IMG/VR virus record: IMGVR_UViG_3300005915_000001
Coordinates: 2,532-66,531 of that record
DNA length: 64,000 nucleotides
Origin: a virus
Strand: one strand, 5' to 3'
The translations under genes and the position numbers were made by a program. The notes below the pieces were generated by a model. It saw only the letters and a list, made by a program, of their open reading frames with translations, was not told where the DNA came from and searched no databases. This document shows positions 23,320 to 34,700 of the stretch, piece after piece. The stretch's first letter is position 1. Each line of letters starts with the position of its first letter.

Positions 23320-24673
23320 AAAATGTTATTACGTTGCCTAATGCTGGTGGTGATATCTTTGATGTATCATGTAATCGTCTAAAATTTTTGATTGTGAAAT
23401 GTTCAGTATTGTAAAAGGGTTGAGTGACATTTTCAACTTCAAACATCAAATCAGTTAATAATCTAAACAAATCAAATGCGCCGAATAAACTAATATGAGT
23501 TTTGTCTTTTAAAAGTCTGAAGTTATCACCAAATCGCTTTGCTGTTTCACATTGAAAGTCTGGTGTACCCAATATGAGTCTACCATTAGGTTTCAATACT
23601 CTTCGAATCTCAAGTAATAGATCAATCGGATCTTTCACATGCTCAATAACGTGATAAAGTACAACTACATCAAACGAATCACTTTCATACTTAGCACCTT
23701 GTAGAGTTCCCGCTAAAACTTTACCATATTGTTTAGCGTGCTCCTGTGCATATTCACTGATATCAACTCCATATTTATTCCACCGCTCATCTATAGCTGA
23801 TAAGAAAAACCCTAAGCCACATCCAACATCGAGGATCTTTCCAGGCTGTAAACTATTTATATAATTAATCTCTTCAGTACATTCATCAATTCTTTTTTCC
23901 TTCTCATTAGACTTATCCCTCACCTTCCCATCAGGATCAACTACATCTTCCCAATAATTTGTGTATGATCCATTATTTGGAATGTCACGACTCTGATAAT
24001 AGACCGCTTTTTTCATTAATCGTTGTTTCATCAAAGCCTCAACGACTACCCAATCATCTTCAGTATCAATATGATAAGCATCTCGCTCAGGGATAACTAC
24101 CTTTAGAAAATTCTCACCGAGCCTATTACCTGTGAACCTCAATGCATCAACGAAAGTCACCCAACAGTTACCAACTTCTTTGATATGTGGACTGATATCC
24201 TCATACATTGGTCTTGCTATAACATGGAGGTAGTCTTCGATACTATTTAGTTGAAAGCTATAATCCTGAACAGCACAACACACTGCATCGAGGTTTGTAC
24301 TTTGCAGCTTCATAATACATTTATCTATGTGCTTAGGTGTATTTAGAGGGTTGGTAGGCTCCAGCGTCACTACCATCTCATATTTAGTAGAAAGACATTC
24401 TAAAACATGCAAAAGAGTTTCTTCAGTTTTTGAATATGCTGTCGCTATATCATCAGGTCTCTTTATATATTTGATCTTATCCCCAAATAAGTCTTTACCT
24501 ACTTTAAGTATGTCGTCACTATCTGAAGCAAGCACTACATCACTCACAAGATTTGATTCTAAAGCATTTTTGATCTGGTAGTAAATCAAAGGCTTACCAC
24601 AAATATCTCGTATGTTTTTTAATTTGATTCTTTTCGAACCGCCTCTTGCTGGTATGACTGCAAGTATTTTCAT
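23303..24673 (-). CDS. neuA: CMP-nonulosonate synthetase (NeuA) fused to class I SAM methyltransferase
   Basis: IPARGGSKRIKLKN, PTNP, IDTEDDW; C-half LDVGCGLG, HVIEH. Confidence 0.88.
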   Translation of the reverse strand: MKILAVIPARGGSKRIKLKNIRDICGKPLIYYQIKNALESNLVSDVVLASDSDDILKVGKDLFGDKIKYIKRPDDIATAYSKTEETLLHVLECLSTKYEMVVTLEPTNPLNTPKHIDKCIMKLQSTNLDAVCCAVQDYSFQLNSIEDYLHVIARPMYEDISPHIKEVGNCWVTFVDALRFTGNRLGENFLKVVIPERDAYHIDTEDDWVVVEALMKQRLMKKAVYYQSRDIPNNGSYTNYWEDVVDPDGKVRDKSNEKEKRIDECTEEINYINSLQPGKILDVGCGLGFFLSAIDERWNKYGVDISEYAQEHAKQYGKVLAGTLQGAKYESDSFDVVVLYHVIEHVKDPIDLLLEIRRVLKPNGRLILGTPDFQCETAKRFGDNFRLLKDKTHISLFGAFDLFRLLTDLMFEVENVTQPFYNTEHFTIKNFRRLHDTSKISPPALGNVITFYARKK

Positions 24674-25749
24674 TTATCTACAAAGAGAACCTTTGCTCCA
24701 CGCACACGCACAATATCGAATGTTCCTTCTTTACGAATATAAAATCCGTTCCTGAGATTATCAGGACCGTCCAATTTTCCAGTACAGTGTAATGCAACCA
24801 TTCTACATCCTGCATCACACCGATCAAACAAGTGACACCTTCTGCATTCTTTTGGTACAACAATCGATGATCTCCATGATTGCATATTGTCCCACACACC
24901 TGCAATACCTACCTCATGGATGTTTCCATAGACTGTGTCGTCTGAAACACAAGCATGAGCATCACCATTCACATTTAATAGTATATGCTTCTTACCTGCT
25001 GCACATCCACGGTCTGTAAAATCTTTGTATTTTTCTAAATCTGGAAATAGACACATAGGAACAGTTCTGCATGTTCCAATTTTCATGCCATACATTTTCT
25101 TTAGTCTTATCAAATCATCGAACGCATTTAATACATCATCTTTGTCAACACATTCAAAGCTGCCAGGATTTGAAGGGCTTGGTATAACTCGATTTACTAG
25201 AAACTGTTTAACTCCAATCTTTCTAACAATCTCTCCAATCTCATAGATGTCACCGACGTTGCGCTTTGTCAATACAGTATTCACTGTCACACGTATACCG
25301 GTCTGTTGGGCTTCTTGTATACATTGTATAGTCTTTTTCCAATCACCTTCAGCACCAGTAATTGCATCATGCTTTTTTGAATCTGATGCATGTATTGACG
25401 TAAGTATGTGATCAATGCCTACTGATTTTAAAATTTCAAGCTTGTCCCCATGAACATCTTTCATATTTGAATTGAGACTGATTGTTATATTATTCTCAAG
25501 ACAACGTTTTGCTAAGTATGCTACACTTGACATCGCTAGAGTTGGTTCTCCACCTGTGATGATAACATGCATCACTTTGTTTTTGATAATTTCATCAACA
25601 GTAGCTTTTAAATTCTCATCTGTGATTGTGTGACGTGGTGCACTTTCTTCTCTTGAGAAGTTATAACAGTGTTTACACTTCTCGTTGCATGCATCTGTGA
25701 TCTCTACGTGTACTGTTATTGGGGCTGAGATATTCCAATACTTACTCAT
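24670..25749 (-). CDS. radical SAM/SPASM protein
   Basis: CNEKCKHC (CxxxCxxC), TGGEP, C-terminal SPASM cysteines (CAAG...C...CRRC...CDAGC). Confidence 0.9.
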   Translation of the reverse strand: MSKYWNISAPITVHVEITDACNEKCKHCYNFSREESAPRHTITDENLKATVDEIIKNKVMHVIITGGEPTLAMSSVAYLAKRCLENNITISLNSNMKDVHGDKLEILKSVGIDHILTSIHASDSKKHDAITGAEGDWKKTIQCIQEAQQTGIRVTVNTVLTKRNVGDIYEIGEIVRKIGVKQFLVNRVIPSPSNPGSFECVDKDDVLNAFDDLIRLKKMYGMKIGTCRTVPMCLFPDLEKYKDFTDRGCAAGKKHILLNVNGDAHACVSDDTVYGNIHEVGIAGVWDNMQSWRSSIVVPKECRRCHLFDRCDAGCRMVALHCTGKLDGPDNLRNGFYIRKEGTFDIVRVRGAKVLFVDK

Positions 25750-26456
25750 AATTCCATCGCCTTTTCTATCGTCATTTTTCTAAACTTAGTTAAACTGCCG
25801 TTGGACGCATCAATGATATCAATATGTTTTAAATCTAACTTGTTCCAAAATTTCAAATGATAAGACAGCTCACCATCTGTTTTGCCTCCAGGATTGTCCG
25901 GTCCTAATGGTCTACGATATTTTGCATACTCAGGTTTTAGCAGATATTCGTTTGGTTGATCAGAAAAGTTGTGATACCTCTTAAGACCATTGGCATATTT
26001 TAAATCACAACCAATTAAAACTATTGGTGAGCAACCCATGACATATGCAAGATGAAGTGCTGGATGAATAGATGATGAACCATGGACTAAAAGGTTTCCT
26101 TTGTCATATATATTATCAATCTTTCTACCGATGTAATGAATACGTTTTTGGTCTATACCGTCAAAAACTTTTCCGTCTATTCGATCTTCGAATGCACTAA
26201 ATCCGCAGTTTGATCCAAGGATCAATTGACATTTTAAATTTCTTAATGTTGTCCATGACTTCCAGAGTACCAAGCCTGTATCACAACTGAAATAGTAATC
26301 AGCTTTTGGGGCTTTTAATATTGAGCTATTCACTGCAATAACAATGTGTTTTTCAATGCACTCTGGTTTTAAATTTCGTAGAGATGGGCCTGTACCTAAA
26401 AGGAAACATGTTCTACCCTTGTGTCTGTCTTGATATGTTTTAAGATCTTCAAGCAT
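25746..26456 (-). CDS. DUF115/Maf-like (MptE-like) putative nonulosonate transferase
   Basis: CFLLGTGPSL, IAVN, ALHLAYVMGCSPIVLIGCD; start probably MLEDL (26456). Confidence 0.7.
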   Translation of the reverse strand: MLEDLKTYQDRHKGRTCFLLGTGPSLRNLKPECIEKHIVIAVNSSILKAPKADYYFSCDTGLVLWKSWTTLRNLKCQLILGSNCGFSAFEDRIDGKVFDGIDQKRIHYIGRKIDNIYDKGNLLVHGSSSIHPALHLAYVMGCSPIVLIGCDLKYANGLKRYHNFSDQPNEYLLKPEYAKYRRPLGPDNPGGKTDGELSYHLKFWNKLDLKHIDIIDASNGSLTKFRKMTIEKAMEL

Positions 26457-27846
26457 TGTATTTCCTTGATCCTCTGAAAGTGTAATCTGCTTCAAAATAC
26501 AAATCATGGAATTGACTTATCATCGTAGCAGGATTTTCCCCCACATTCTTACAATGATCTGTGATCAAATCACTATTGATTTCAAACAATAAGTCATACA
26601 TTTTACTGACAGACAACTTCGTAAAATTCACTGTTATTAAATCAGAATTTTTAAATCTCTTGTAAAAATCTTCAGGTCCATCAAGCAACCGTTTTTCAAT
26701 TGCATAGTTATATAACTCACTACCAGGATACGGTGTCACTGGTCTGATAGTTCTAAGTTCATTGTAATCATTGTACTTTTTCAATGTCTCAGCATTTAGT
26801 CTCAACGATTGTTCTGTGTCACCGGGCATTCCCCAAATGAAATTCAAACCTACATGAATACCAACGTCTCTTAGAATATGTAAACAACGAACATTTTCTT
26901 CCGGTGTTACATTCTTTTTCATGCTTTTAAGAACAGAGGGTGACATTGATTCAAAACCAATATTGAGATAGCAACAACCAGAGTCTTTAAACATCTTTGC
27001 AATTTCATATGTGATACAGTTTGCTCTGACGCCGCCAGAATTATATCGAATCTTACCATACAATTCATAGATCTTCAATGCTTCAACGAATTTTTCAAGT
27101 CTACTGATTGAAGTTATTAATAGCTCATCAAAAAATGTAAAGTACGTTACTTGAAACTTGTCATACAAATAACGCATTTCAAAAACAACATCCTTCATAT
27201 CTCTGAAACGTTCACCAACTTCAAGTCTATGGCAAAACGTGCAGCGATTTATACATCCACGACTTGATATAAGCTGCATACCTTTTTCATCTTTATGTTG
27301 TCCTGTTACTTTAGTACGGTCAACGTATTCATGCATTGGGAATAGATCCCATGCAGGCATTGATACGGTGTTTAAATCAGCTGGTTTTCTTCTATCATTT
27401 ATATGTACTTTATTGTTAACTCTGTATGCAATTCCTTTGAGGTTATTAAGATGAATGCCTTTGATTAAATTTCTTATAGTTTTTTCTGCTTCACCAATTA
27501 CTATTATATCTGCATTGGTTTCTCTTAACGTGTACTCTGGCAGAGCTGATGCACCATGACCACCTAATACTAACTTCGCGTTTCGCTTATGCTTGTTGAT
27601 GATTTCACACAATCCAAGAATGGTTTCTGTAAACCTTGCGGATAAGAACCCAAGCATTATGTAGTCATATTTATAACACAGAAACTTTTCTATCATATCT
27701 GCATGAGTGTAGTGGTAGATGTCACTCGAACAGATTGTAATATCAACACCAAGTTCTTGTAGAACTGCAGCAATGTATCCAGCTCCAAGTGGAAAGAAAA
27801 CATCTTCTTGGTATAAGTCATGTACAATCAATAGTACTTTCATCAC
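26449..27846 (-). CDS. cobalamin-dependent (class B) radical SAM enzyme
   Basis: PLG..YIAA B12-binding domain, GGH, GEAE, SRGCINRCTFC, GFES, PYPGS. Confidence 0.9.
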   Translation of the reverse strand: MMKVLLIVHDLYQEDVFFPLGAGYIAAVLQELGVDITICSSDIYHYTHADMIEKFLCYKYDYIMLGFLSARFTETILGLCEIINKHKRNAKLVLGGHGASALPEYTLRETNADIIVIGEAEKTIRNLIKGIHLNNLKGIAYRVNNKVHINDRRKPADLNTVSMPAWDLFPMHEYVDRTKVTGQHKDEKGMQLISSRGCINRCTFCHRLEVGERFRDMKDVVFEMRYLYDKFQVTYFTFFDELLITSISRLEKFVEALKIYELYGKIRYNSGGVRANCITYEIAKMFKDSGCCYLNIGFESMSPSVLKSMKKNVTPEENVRCLHILRDVGIHVGLNFIWGMPGDTEQSLRLNAETLKKYNDYNELRTIRPVTPYPGSELYNYAIEKRLLDGPEDFYKRFKNSDLITVNFTKLSVSKMYDLLFEINSDLITDHCKNVGENPATMISQFHDLYFEADYTFRGSRKYNA

Positions 27847-28523
27847 ATACCTTCACCGAGTAAACAAACATCTTTGAATCTATCATGCGCAAATTTTGGG
27901 CACCAGTACTTGCCTTGAGGCACTGTTTTCAATTCCATCGTATGTGCAAGCATTGTTCCAACAGACATATCATGCCTGTGACCTTTGACTCTTAGATCTT
28001 TTGAAACTTGTTGTTTCTCATTTGTCCAAGCGCCTTGAAACGACAAACCATCTTTTGAAAGTTCTACCATCTTATCCAGAAACACTGTGGATTTTGAGTC
28101 TGTCAATTTCAATCCAAGAAATCCACCATCATACATGCTAATCTTCATTGCGTCTTCACGATCAACTTGCATAGTTCTTAAAGCATTATCAGAACACCAC
28201 TCACCAAGAAGAAAATCAGATTCCTGTAGTACATACCCAACAGAATTAATTTCCTCAAACAATGCATCAAGGCTTTTGATTGCCCAGAACGACGAATCCA
28301 ACCAGAGTGCACAATCGAATCCAAATTCCCTCGCTTGTACTAAAGCCCAATACTTAAAAGCATACGGTGACACTTCATGCATTAAGCATCCCTCGGAATT
28401 GAAATTATTAAACCAAAGGCATGCACCTTTGAATCCAACTTTCTGAAGACTTTGATTTAGTCTCTCAGCACCCCGAGAATACCAATGTCCCACTGAGTAA
28501 TTGACAATACATATTTTCATCAC
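27843..28523 (-). CDS. putative glycosyltransferase (paralogue of 29191-29892)
   Basis: PYAFK, LWLDSS, GHRHDMS shared with paralogue. Confidence 0.6.
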   Translation of the reverse strand: MMKICIVNYSVGHWYSRGAERLNQSLQKVGFKGACLWFNNFNSEGCLMHEVSPYAFKYWALVQAREFGFDCALWLDSSFWAIKSLDALFEEINSVGYVLQESDFLLGEWCSDNALRTMQVDREDAMKISMYDGGFLGLKLTDSKSTVFLDKMVELSKDGLSFQGAWTNEKQQVSKDLRVKGHRHDMSVGTMLAHTMELKTVPQGKYWCPKFAHDRFKDVCLLGEGM

Positions 28524-29194
28524 TATACCTTATAAAAAATGAGTCCACCACCACCTTCGATTACTTGAATATCTGGTACAAATCTTATACTATCCCAGTA
28601 TTCATCACATGCTTTCCTACACCCTGTCAAAGCATAGTCATCAATTATAATATAACCACCTCTTGAAACATATGGATGTAAATGTTCCAAGCAAACCTTT
28701 GTTGATTCATACAAGTCACCATCTAATCGCAACAACGAGATTTGCATAATCTTTGCTTTTGGCACTGTATCTTGAAACCAGCCTTGATGATATACTAACT
28801 GCTCAGGGTTAATTCCCCACCCCTTCATATGGGCTTGCACAGCCTTCACAGAGGATACAGAAACCCCTGTGGTTATTAACTCACCTCTACCAGTACCTTT
28901 GCCAATACAGGAGGTTATAGACTCATCATCATTAGGGCCAGCTTGTGGGATACCTTCAAACGAATCGAACAGATGCACTTTTCTTGGACTCTTCCAACAT
29001 TGATTTGCTAGAGACATAGCAGCAATCTGTGTACCGTCAAATACACCACATTCAACGAAATCGCCTGGAATTTTATTACGAATGCACTTATCCGCCATCA
29101 GATAACTATTGTGCACTGTAGCACTGGTGCTCAAAGCACGCTGTCCGTATGTTGCCAATTCTTTTTTAATATACTTATCTGTGACCAACATCAA
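28523..29194 (-). CDS. TylF/MycF-family sugar O-methyltransferase
   Basis: GDFVECGV, FDSFEG, GWFQDT, LRLDGDLYEST, IIDDY. Confidence 0.9.
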   Translation of the reverse strand: MMLVTDKYIKKELATYGQRALSTSATVHNSYLMADKCIRNKIPGDFVECGVFDGTQIAAMSLANQCWKSPRKVHLFDSFEGIPQAGPNDDESITSCIGKGTGRGELITTGVSVSSVKAVQAHMKGWGINPEQLVYHQGWFQDTVPKAKIMQISLLRLDGDLYESTKVCLEHLHPYVSRGGYIIIDDYALTGCRKACDEYWDSIRFVPDIQVIEGGGGLIFYKV

Positions 29195-29892
29195 AATGCT
29201 CCTCCTTTATTTTTAAACAATGCAGTCTCAGGAATTTTGTACGCACCACGATCAATTGCATCTTGGTAGTACAATAAGTACTCTTGAAAGTTTCGCATAC
29301 CTAATCGCCATGCAATTACAGAAGCAGCTGTCTGATCATGTCGATGTCCTAAGACTTTTGGATGGTTTGAAACTTGCTGCTTATCATTAGTCCATGCACC
29401 TGGAAATGTAATACCGTCTGACGCTCTATCATAATACTCTTGAATGAATTCAAGGTTTGTGGAATCTCTTAAATCAAAACCCATTACACACGCCATTATA
29501 TGTGGGTAGGTAAATGATTCTTCTCTCGTTATTCCCAAAGGTTTCAATGCTGTATCAGCGCACCACTCTCCTGAAGTCCAGCCATTAAGCATTAGTAGAT
29601 ACTTGTTCTTTAAGATATTATCAAGAACTTCTTGATATGGCTTCATCAAATGGATCGAACAATCTACCCAAATAACTACCTCATAGCCTTGCTCGTATGC
29701 TTTTTTAAATCCATACGCTTTGAATGCATACGGGTTCTGTTTATGAGGTTTACAACCAAGCTGGCTTTCATTGTTGTACAACATAAAGTCACCAGTGTAG
29801 CCTTGCTCAATGAAAAGTTTCTTAACTCTTTGTTGACCCTTTGGATACCATGAGCCTTTGCCAAAGTTTAAAATGCACTGTTTTAATTTCAT
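29191..29892 (-). CDS. putative glycosyltransferase (paralogue of 27843-28523)
   Basis: PYAFK, IWVDCS, GHRHDQT. Confidence 0.6.
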   Translation of the reverse strand: MKLKQCILNFGKGSWYPKGQQRVKKLFIEQGYTGDFMLYNNESQLGCKPHKQNPYAFKAYGFKKAYEQGYEVVIWVDCSIHLMKPYQEVLDNILKNKYLLMLNGWTSGEWCADTALKPLGITREESFTYPHIMACVMGFDLRDSTNLEFIQEYYDRASDGITFPGAWTNDKQQVSNHPKVLGHRHDQTAASVIAWRLGMRNFQEYLLYYQDAIDRGAYKIPETALFKNKGGAF

Positions 29893-30551
29893 TTTGGAAA
29901 CCCTAAATGTTTTCTCTTGTTATAGGTTTTACCGTCGTCTTTGCCGAGCTTAGTATTCATTCTATATAATGCATCTTTAGAACTGCCTCCACCTGTCCAC
30001 TTATGTTTAACAATAACCCGTGGATCATAGTGTACAGCTTTCATTGATCTCACTACATCAGTAAACTCATTATCACAATAGAATGAGTTATAACTTGGAT
30101 GGTATATGTAACCAATTTTTTCATATAGCTTCCTTCCAAGAATTGAAAATGTAATTGTATTTTTTCCACCACAATATCCATCGTTAAAATGAAGAGCACC
30201 ATCAAGATTTGGAAAATGCTTCTGCATGTTTTCAATGATGATCTTATCAAAGTTGACACTAGGAATCATATCATCAGATACAAGAACTAGAATGTCCCAT
30301 TCTTTTTTCAGATCAACATCAGCATTACATGCGGCGATTTTATTTTTATGATCTCCATATAAATAAGACAAGTACTTTATAGAGTCCAGAGTCTTACGCA
30401 TTGGTTTGTTGTTCATAGTTTCATCATCTTTATTCAATGAGACTACAAACTCAAACCGTGTTTCAGAGTTCATCAAAGTGTAATACAACCCTAACGTTTT
30501 CTTGAACCAATCTGGTCGGCTCCTCGTTGGGTACTTAAAAAGTATTTTCAT
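29889..30551 (-). CDS. glycosyltransferase (GT-A fold)
   Basis: PTRSRP, LVSDDM, FYCDNE, H; start probably MKILFK. Confidence 0.7.
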   Translation of the reverse strand: MKILFKYPTRSRPDWFKKTLGLYYTLMNSETRFEFVVSLNKDDETMNNKPMRKTLDSIKYLSYLYGDHKNKIAACNADVDLKKEWDILVLVSDDMIPSVNFDKIIIENMQKHFPNLDGALHFNDGYCGGKNTITFSILGRKLYEKIGYIYHPSYNSFYCDNEFTDVVRSMKAVHYDPRVIVKHKWTGGGSSKDALYRMNTKLGKDDGKTYNKRKHLGFPK

Positions 30552-30552
30552 A

Positions 30553-31113
30553 TTAGCTCGCATTGTAAAAATAGATTGTGCCGTCAATGTGTTCTTCAAT
30601 TTTCAAAAGCGGAAATATCATTGTAGAAAAATCTCGATCTTCACCCCTATCTTTATCGGGAAACTTAACTTGCAAAGCTAATTCTCTTTTTATAGTATTT
30701 AAATGATTTGGACATCGATAATAAATTTTATCTTTCTCAAACCAATGATCATATTGAATTGAATGTATGAAAGGTTTAGTGATGCGAATACGATTATTGG
30801 TCATTCGACCGATTCTTTGAGTCATAGAAATCTCACCTTGTAGACTACAACAGTCTGGATTTGATTCAACGGCTTTTAGAATCTTTGAAACATAGTCTTC
30901 ACTCACTAAATCATCATCATCGACGAACGCAATGTAATCACCAATTGCACGTTTCAATAATTTGTTACGCTTCGCACCTGTTGACAACTGACCATTATCA
31001 GATTCAACAAGAATTTCTACTTCATCTGTCAGCTGAGGTTTCAAAACAGATAGTAATTTTTCTATACTTTTGGATCGACTATGCAAGTGGCATATTAGAA
31101 TTGATAATTTCAT
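30553..31113 (-). CDS. family 2 glycosyltransferase
   Basis: LSILIC, GAKRN, YIAFVDDDD, GED. Confidence 0.85.
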   Translation of the reverse strand: MKLSILICHLHSRSKSIEKLLSVLKPQLTDEVEILVESDNGQLSTGAKRNKLLKRAIGDYIAFVDDDDLVSEDYVSKILKAVESNPDCCSLQGEISMTQRIGRMTNNRIRITKPFIHSIQYDHWFEKDKIYYRCPNHLNTIKRELALQVKFPDKDRGEDRDFSTMIFPLLKIEEHIDGTIYFYNAS

Positions 31114-31796
31114 ATTGATTCCAATGCTACATATGGAATGAATTCGTTAAGTTTACTAATGGCAGAGTGAGAAATTACTTTTATGTCTGTTTCATCTTTA
31201 ATAATCTTGAGAGCCTTGATGAAATTAGTCAAGTAGTTATTAAAAGAATTGCCACTTATTTTATGATTACGATATTTATTATGATAGTGACATTTCTTTC
31301 CAATTGTCATATCAAAACCAAGTAAATGAATCTCTGTGTATCCTAAGAGAACTGCAAGTTGGAATCCACAAAATCCACTGTTGTATCCAGTCTTGAAATC
31401 GTTAAATGAAAAACCAATGCCTTCAACTCCAGCGTTACGTATAATCATATCCATGCAGAATAAATTATACACGAAACCTGTGTGTACACCTTTGAACAGT
31501 CCATCTTTAAATTTCATAGCACAGTGATCTGGATTTGTTACTAAGACCCAAGTGGTTTTTACATTCTTAAAATATCCTTCTTGAACCTTCTTAAAAATAC
31601 TAGAGTCTGCTGTGATACAATATGTTGGATTCGGTACGTCGAGTGCAGCAACATTCACCGCTATCGTTTCTTTGTCTTTCAACTTCGCAAAGTCGAAACC
31701 TAATAGACTTCCTCCACCTCCAACAATGTATACTGATCTATGCTGTGACATCAACTTTAACCTCCACAGATGCAACGATACGACATCTCTTATCAA
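31110..31796 (-). CDS. DUF115/Maf-like putative nonulosonate transferase
   Basis: YIVGGGGSL, IAVN, NSG..GFQLAVLLGYTEIHLLGFDM; true start probably MSQHR. Confidence 0.65.
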   Translation of the reverse strand: MIRDVVSLHLWRLKLMSQHRSVYIVGGGGSLLGFDFAKLKDKETIAVNVAALDVPNPTYCITADSSIFKKVQEGYFKNVKTTWVLVTNPDHCAMKFKDGLFKGVHTGFVYNLFCMDMIIRNAGVEGIGFSFNDFKTGYNSGFCGFQLAVLLGYTEIHLLGFDMTIGKKCHYHNKYRNHKISGNSFNNYLTNFIKALKIIKDETDIKVISHSAISKLNEFIPYVALESI

Positions 31797-34700
31797 CTGT
31801 GAATCTAACAGCTTTCCATCCAGTTCCAGATATCACAGAAACAATTTCAATGTCTGTTTGGTCACCTGTAAAGTCCCCAGATGAAGCACCAAATCCACTA
31901 CCATTATCGACATTATAGTGCAAAGTGACAGGTGAATTATCCTCTTCATAAATCCCAAGTATTAAGTCATGAGAATGATTGGCTTGATAAACAGTATGCG
32001 CATGTGACCAATTTACTGGAAGGGATCCTTCATTAAACCCTTGATTGTCTGACGAAAGAGTATCGGCAGATTGAGGTGTCACCCCTGTACCTGTTAAGTA
32101 CGTGCGGAAAACTTTGATCTTAAATGAAAGTTTTACTGAAATTATATCATCAGTTTCACTTGGAATTTTAAAATCGATTATAAAAGTATGAGATGCATCA
32201 CATGAATCTGCATAAGTCCATGGCATTGTTTGTCGTAATTGTGCGTATTGCTCTGCACGGATGGTTCCAGCAAGCAAAACTCCTGCATGAATCAATTGCA
32301 TACCATGCGCTGCATGTACTTCACTACCTGTATTAACAGCCATTAACCAATTGCCTGATGCTATGGCTACATTAATATCATCAGTGACACGAAAAAGTGT
32401 AACGAAATTTGGGTCCCAGTAAATAAATTCTTTGTCTGTATTGTCTTCATCTATCTCTGATGTTGCATCCTCTAACCTAAACAAAATTGGATTAGTTCCA
32501 TCGGTTGCTTCCCAAGAAGCTACTCCCCCACTACCTGAATGTGCCCATGTAAGATTACTTGTCCAAGGTATATCAACAGCTAATTGTGGAGGTAATAAAT
32601 TTTGAATCAAATTAGTTACATCAAACTCAGACACAGGCTCTGCTAATCTATTTTCAGTGAACGCTGGAGTGTAATCTGGGTAATCAACAGTAGGAGTAAT
32701 ATCAAAGATGTCAAAAAGATCTGGATCATACTGTTCAAACGTGATTGTAAATGTATGATCAGGATTCCACTGTTTACTTATAATTCTACGTTTCTTTAAT
32801 TCAAGAGTTGTACCAATCGCAACTATGTCTTTTCGCGCAACTGCATCTGCCAATCCTGTGGTTAATGTAACAACATCATCTACTACTGAATCAACTGTAT
32901 AGCTTTTTGTAGTGACAGCTCCAGTACTTGGAACATAAGACCTTATATATATCGTGTCGCCATTAGATGCATCAACGTCCCGATCTAAAGTTATCTCATT
33001 GCCTGTTGAGCTATCAGAATCTTCTATTCGATAAGACTGACCCCAGTTAGGTTGATTGACTTGTACAAGATATACCTCACCAATTTTGTACATCAATGCA
33101 TCTTTGTACATTACACAACTATTTAATTCAAGCAATAGTTGACTTCGCTCTAAAGTATAAGCAGCGACGTAAGTTGCTAATGCTCTATTTTTTATCCCTA
33201 CTCCTCGAATGTCTATTGTGTTTGTATAACTACCAGATGATTCATTAGAGTATGGCCATTTAATACGTTTATATCCGCGATCTTCATCTTGGTAGTCAAC
33301 ATGTATTGTTCCAACTTTGTTAGGGGATGTTGTCCACTCTTGCGTCCATGTTTCCCCTATGATTATATCACTAGTAATTATTTCTAAGTCACCAGTAACA
33401 GCACTGTCAATCCATCCAGATAAAGTAGTTCCTTCCCAAATTAAACGTGCTCGACCTATCGTTGCTAATTGATAAACCATATTCCATAGCTCAACAGCAC
33501 TATCAATAATATGATGACAAGGTGAAAGCGCTATGGTGTTTCCATTACCGTCATCAACTTGAGTGTCACATAGAAGTGCCCACTCATAAAAGAATGCCGT
33601 GTCTAATCTGCTTGGTTGAAAACCTTCATAGAATTCAATATCAAATGGCGTACCATCCCCATCTCCTGTTATACTTGGTTGCGTTAACATATTATAAGCA
33701 ACCCATGCTCTGTTTGACTTATACCCTAATGCCCAGGATGAACCATTATACCATCTTAAAATTCTATCTTCACGAACTACTTTAACATCGATTGCACCAT
33801 TAAGTAAATCAGATGCAGCGATTTGTAGACCCATTAATGCTTTACCTGGATGGGTGAAAGCAGTATTAACTACTCCTCTAAAAGATCTTAGTCGTAACTC
33901 ATCGCCATATTTAGCTTTGTCCTGGTCAGCGGATAATTTTGCAACTCGCAATTGATATTGTTTAGTCCTATCTGGCGTAAATGCTATTGAAGAATCTTCA
34001 GTAGAATACTCTATGTAATAAGCTCCAGTTTGATTTCTAGTAATAGGTGTAGAAATCAATGTCGTCCATGAGTTCAATCCTACAACTGAAATTTCAACCT
34101 TAACAGTAAGTGCATGAGAATTTTGATCTCCCATTTTAGTGTAATGATAAAGCCCACGATCAAACCCTAATGTAAATTCTATTTGATCAAAACCTTTACG
34201 TGGTAAGTTATAAGTTTTAGAACCTGCATCATAAGTTATTTCATCACTGTTTCTAATCTCAATTTTTTCTTGTTCAAAACCCGGCATCACTGTCTGGTTG
34301 TCAGTACCTACACGCTGATGCACAACATCATTCTCAAAAAATCCTATAGGTTGATTGTTGATGTATATTGCATTTGTGTCAATACCTTCAGTCGGTCCTT
34401 CTCCATAGCAAATTTTTAGAAACAAGACTTCGTTATCTTCATCGTTAATATTAGTCCAACGCGAAACAATATTACCATGATGCATATTTTTACCATACGC
34501 TAATGGTATAGTGATACCTTCTCTTTGAGTTGACTTAGGATTAAATCCAAATGATTGATCTCCTGTACCTTCATTTGCATCCCCTGACTCAGGGGGGTTT
34601 TGCCCAAACATCAACCCACCAAGATAACTTATGGCTACTGCTAAAGCAATTTGTGTACCAACAGTCCAAATAAATGCCCCTAGTTGAATCCAAAATCCAG

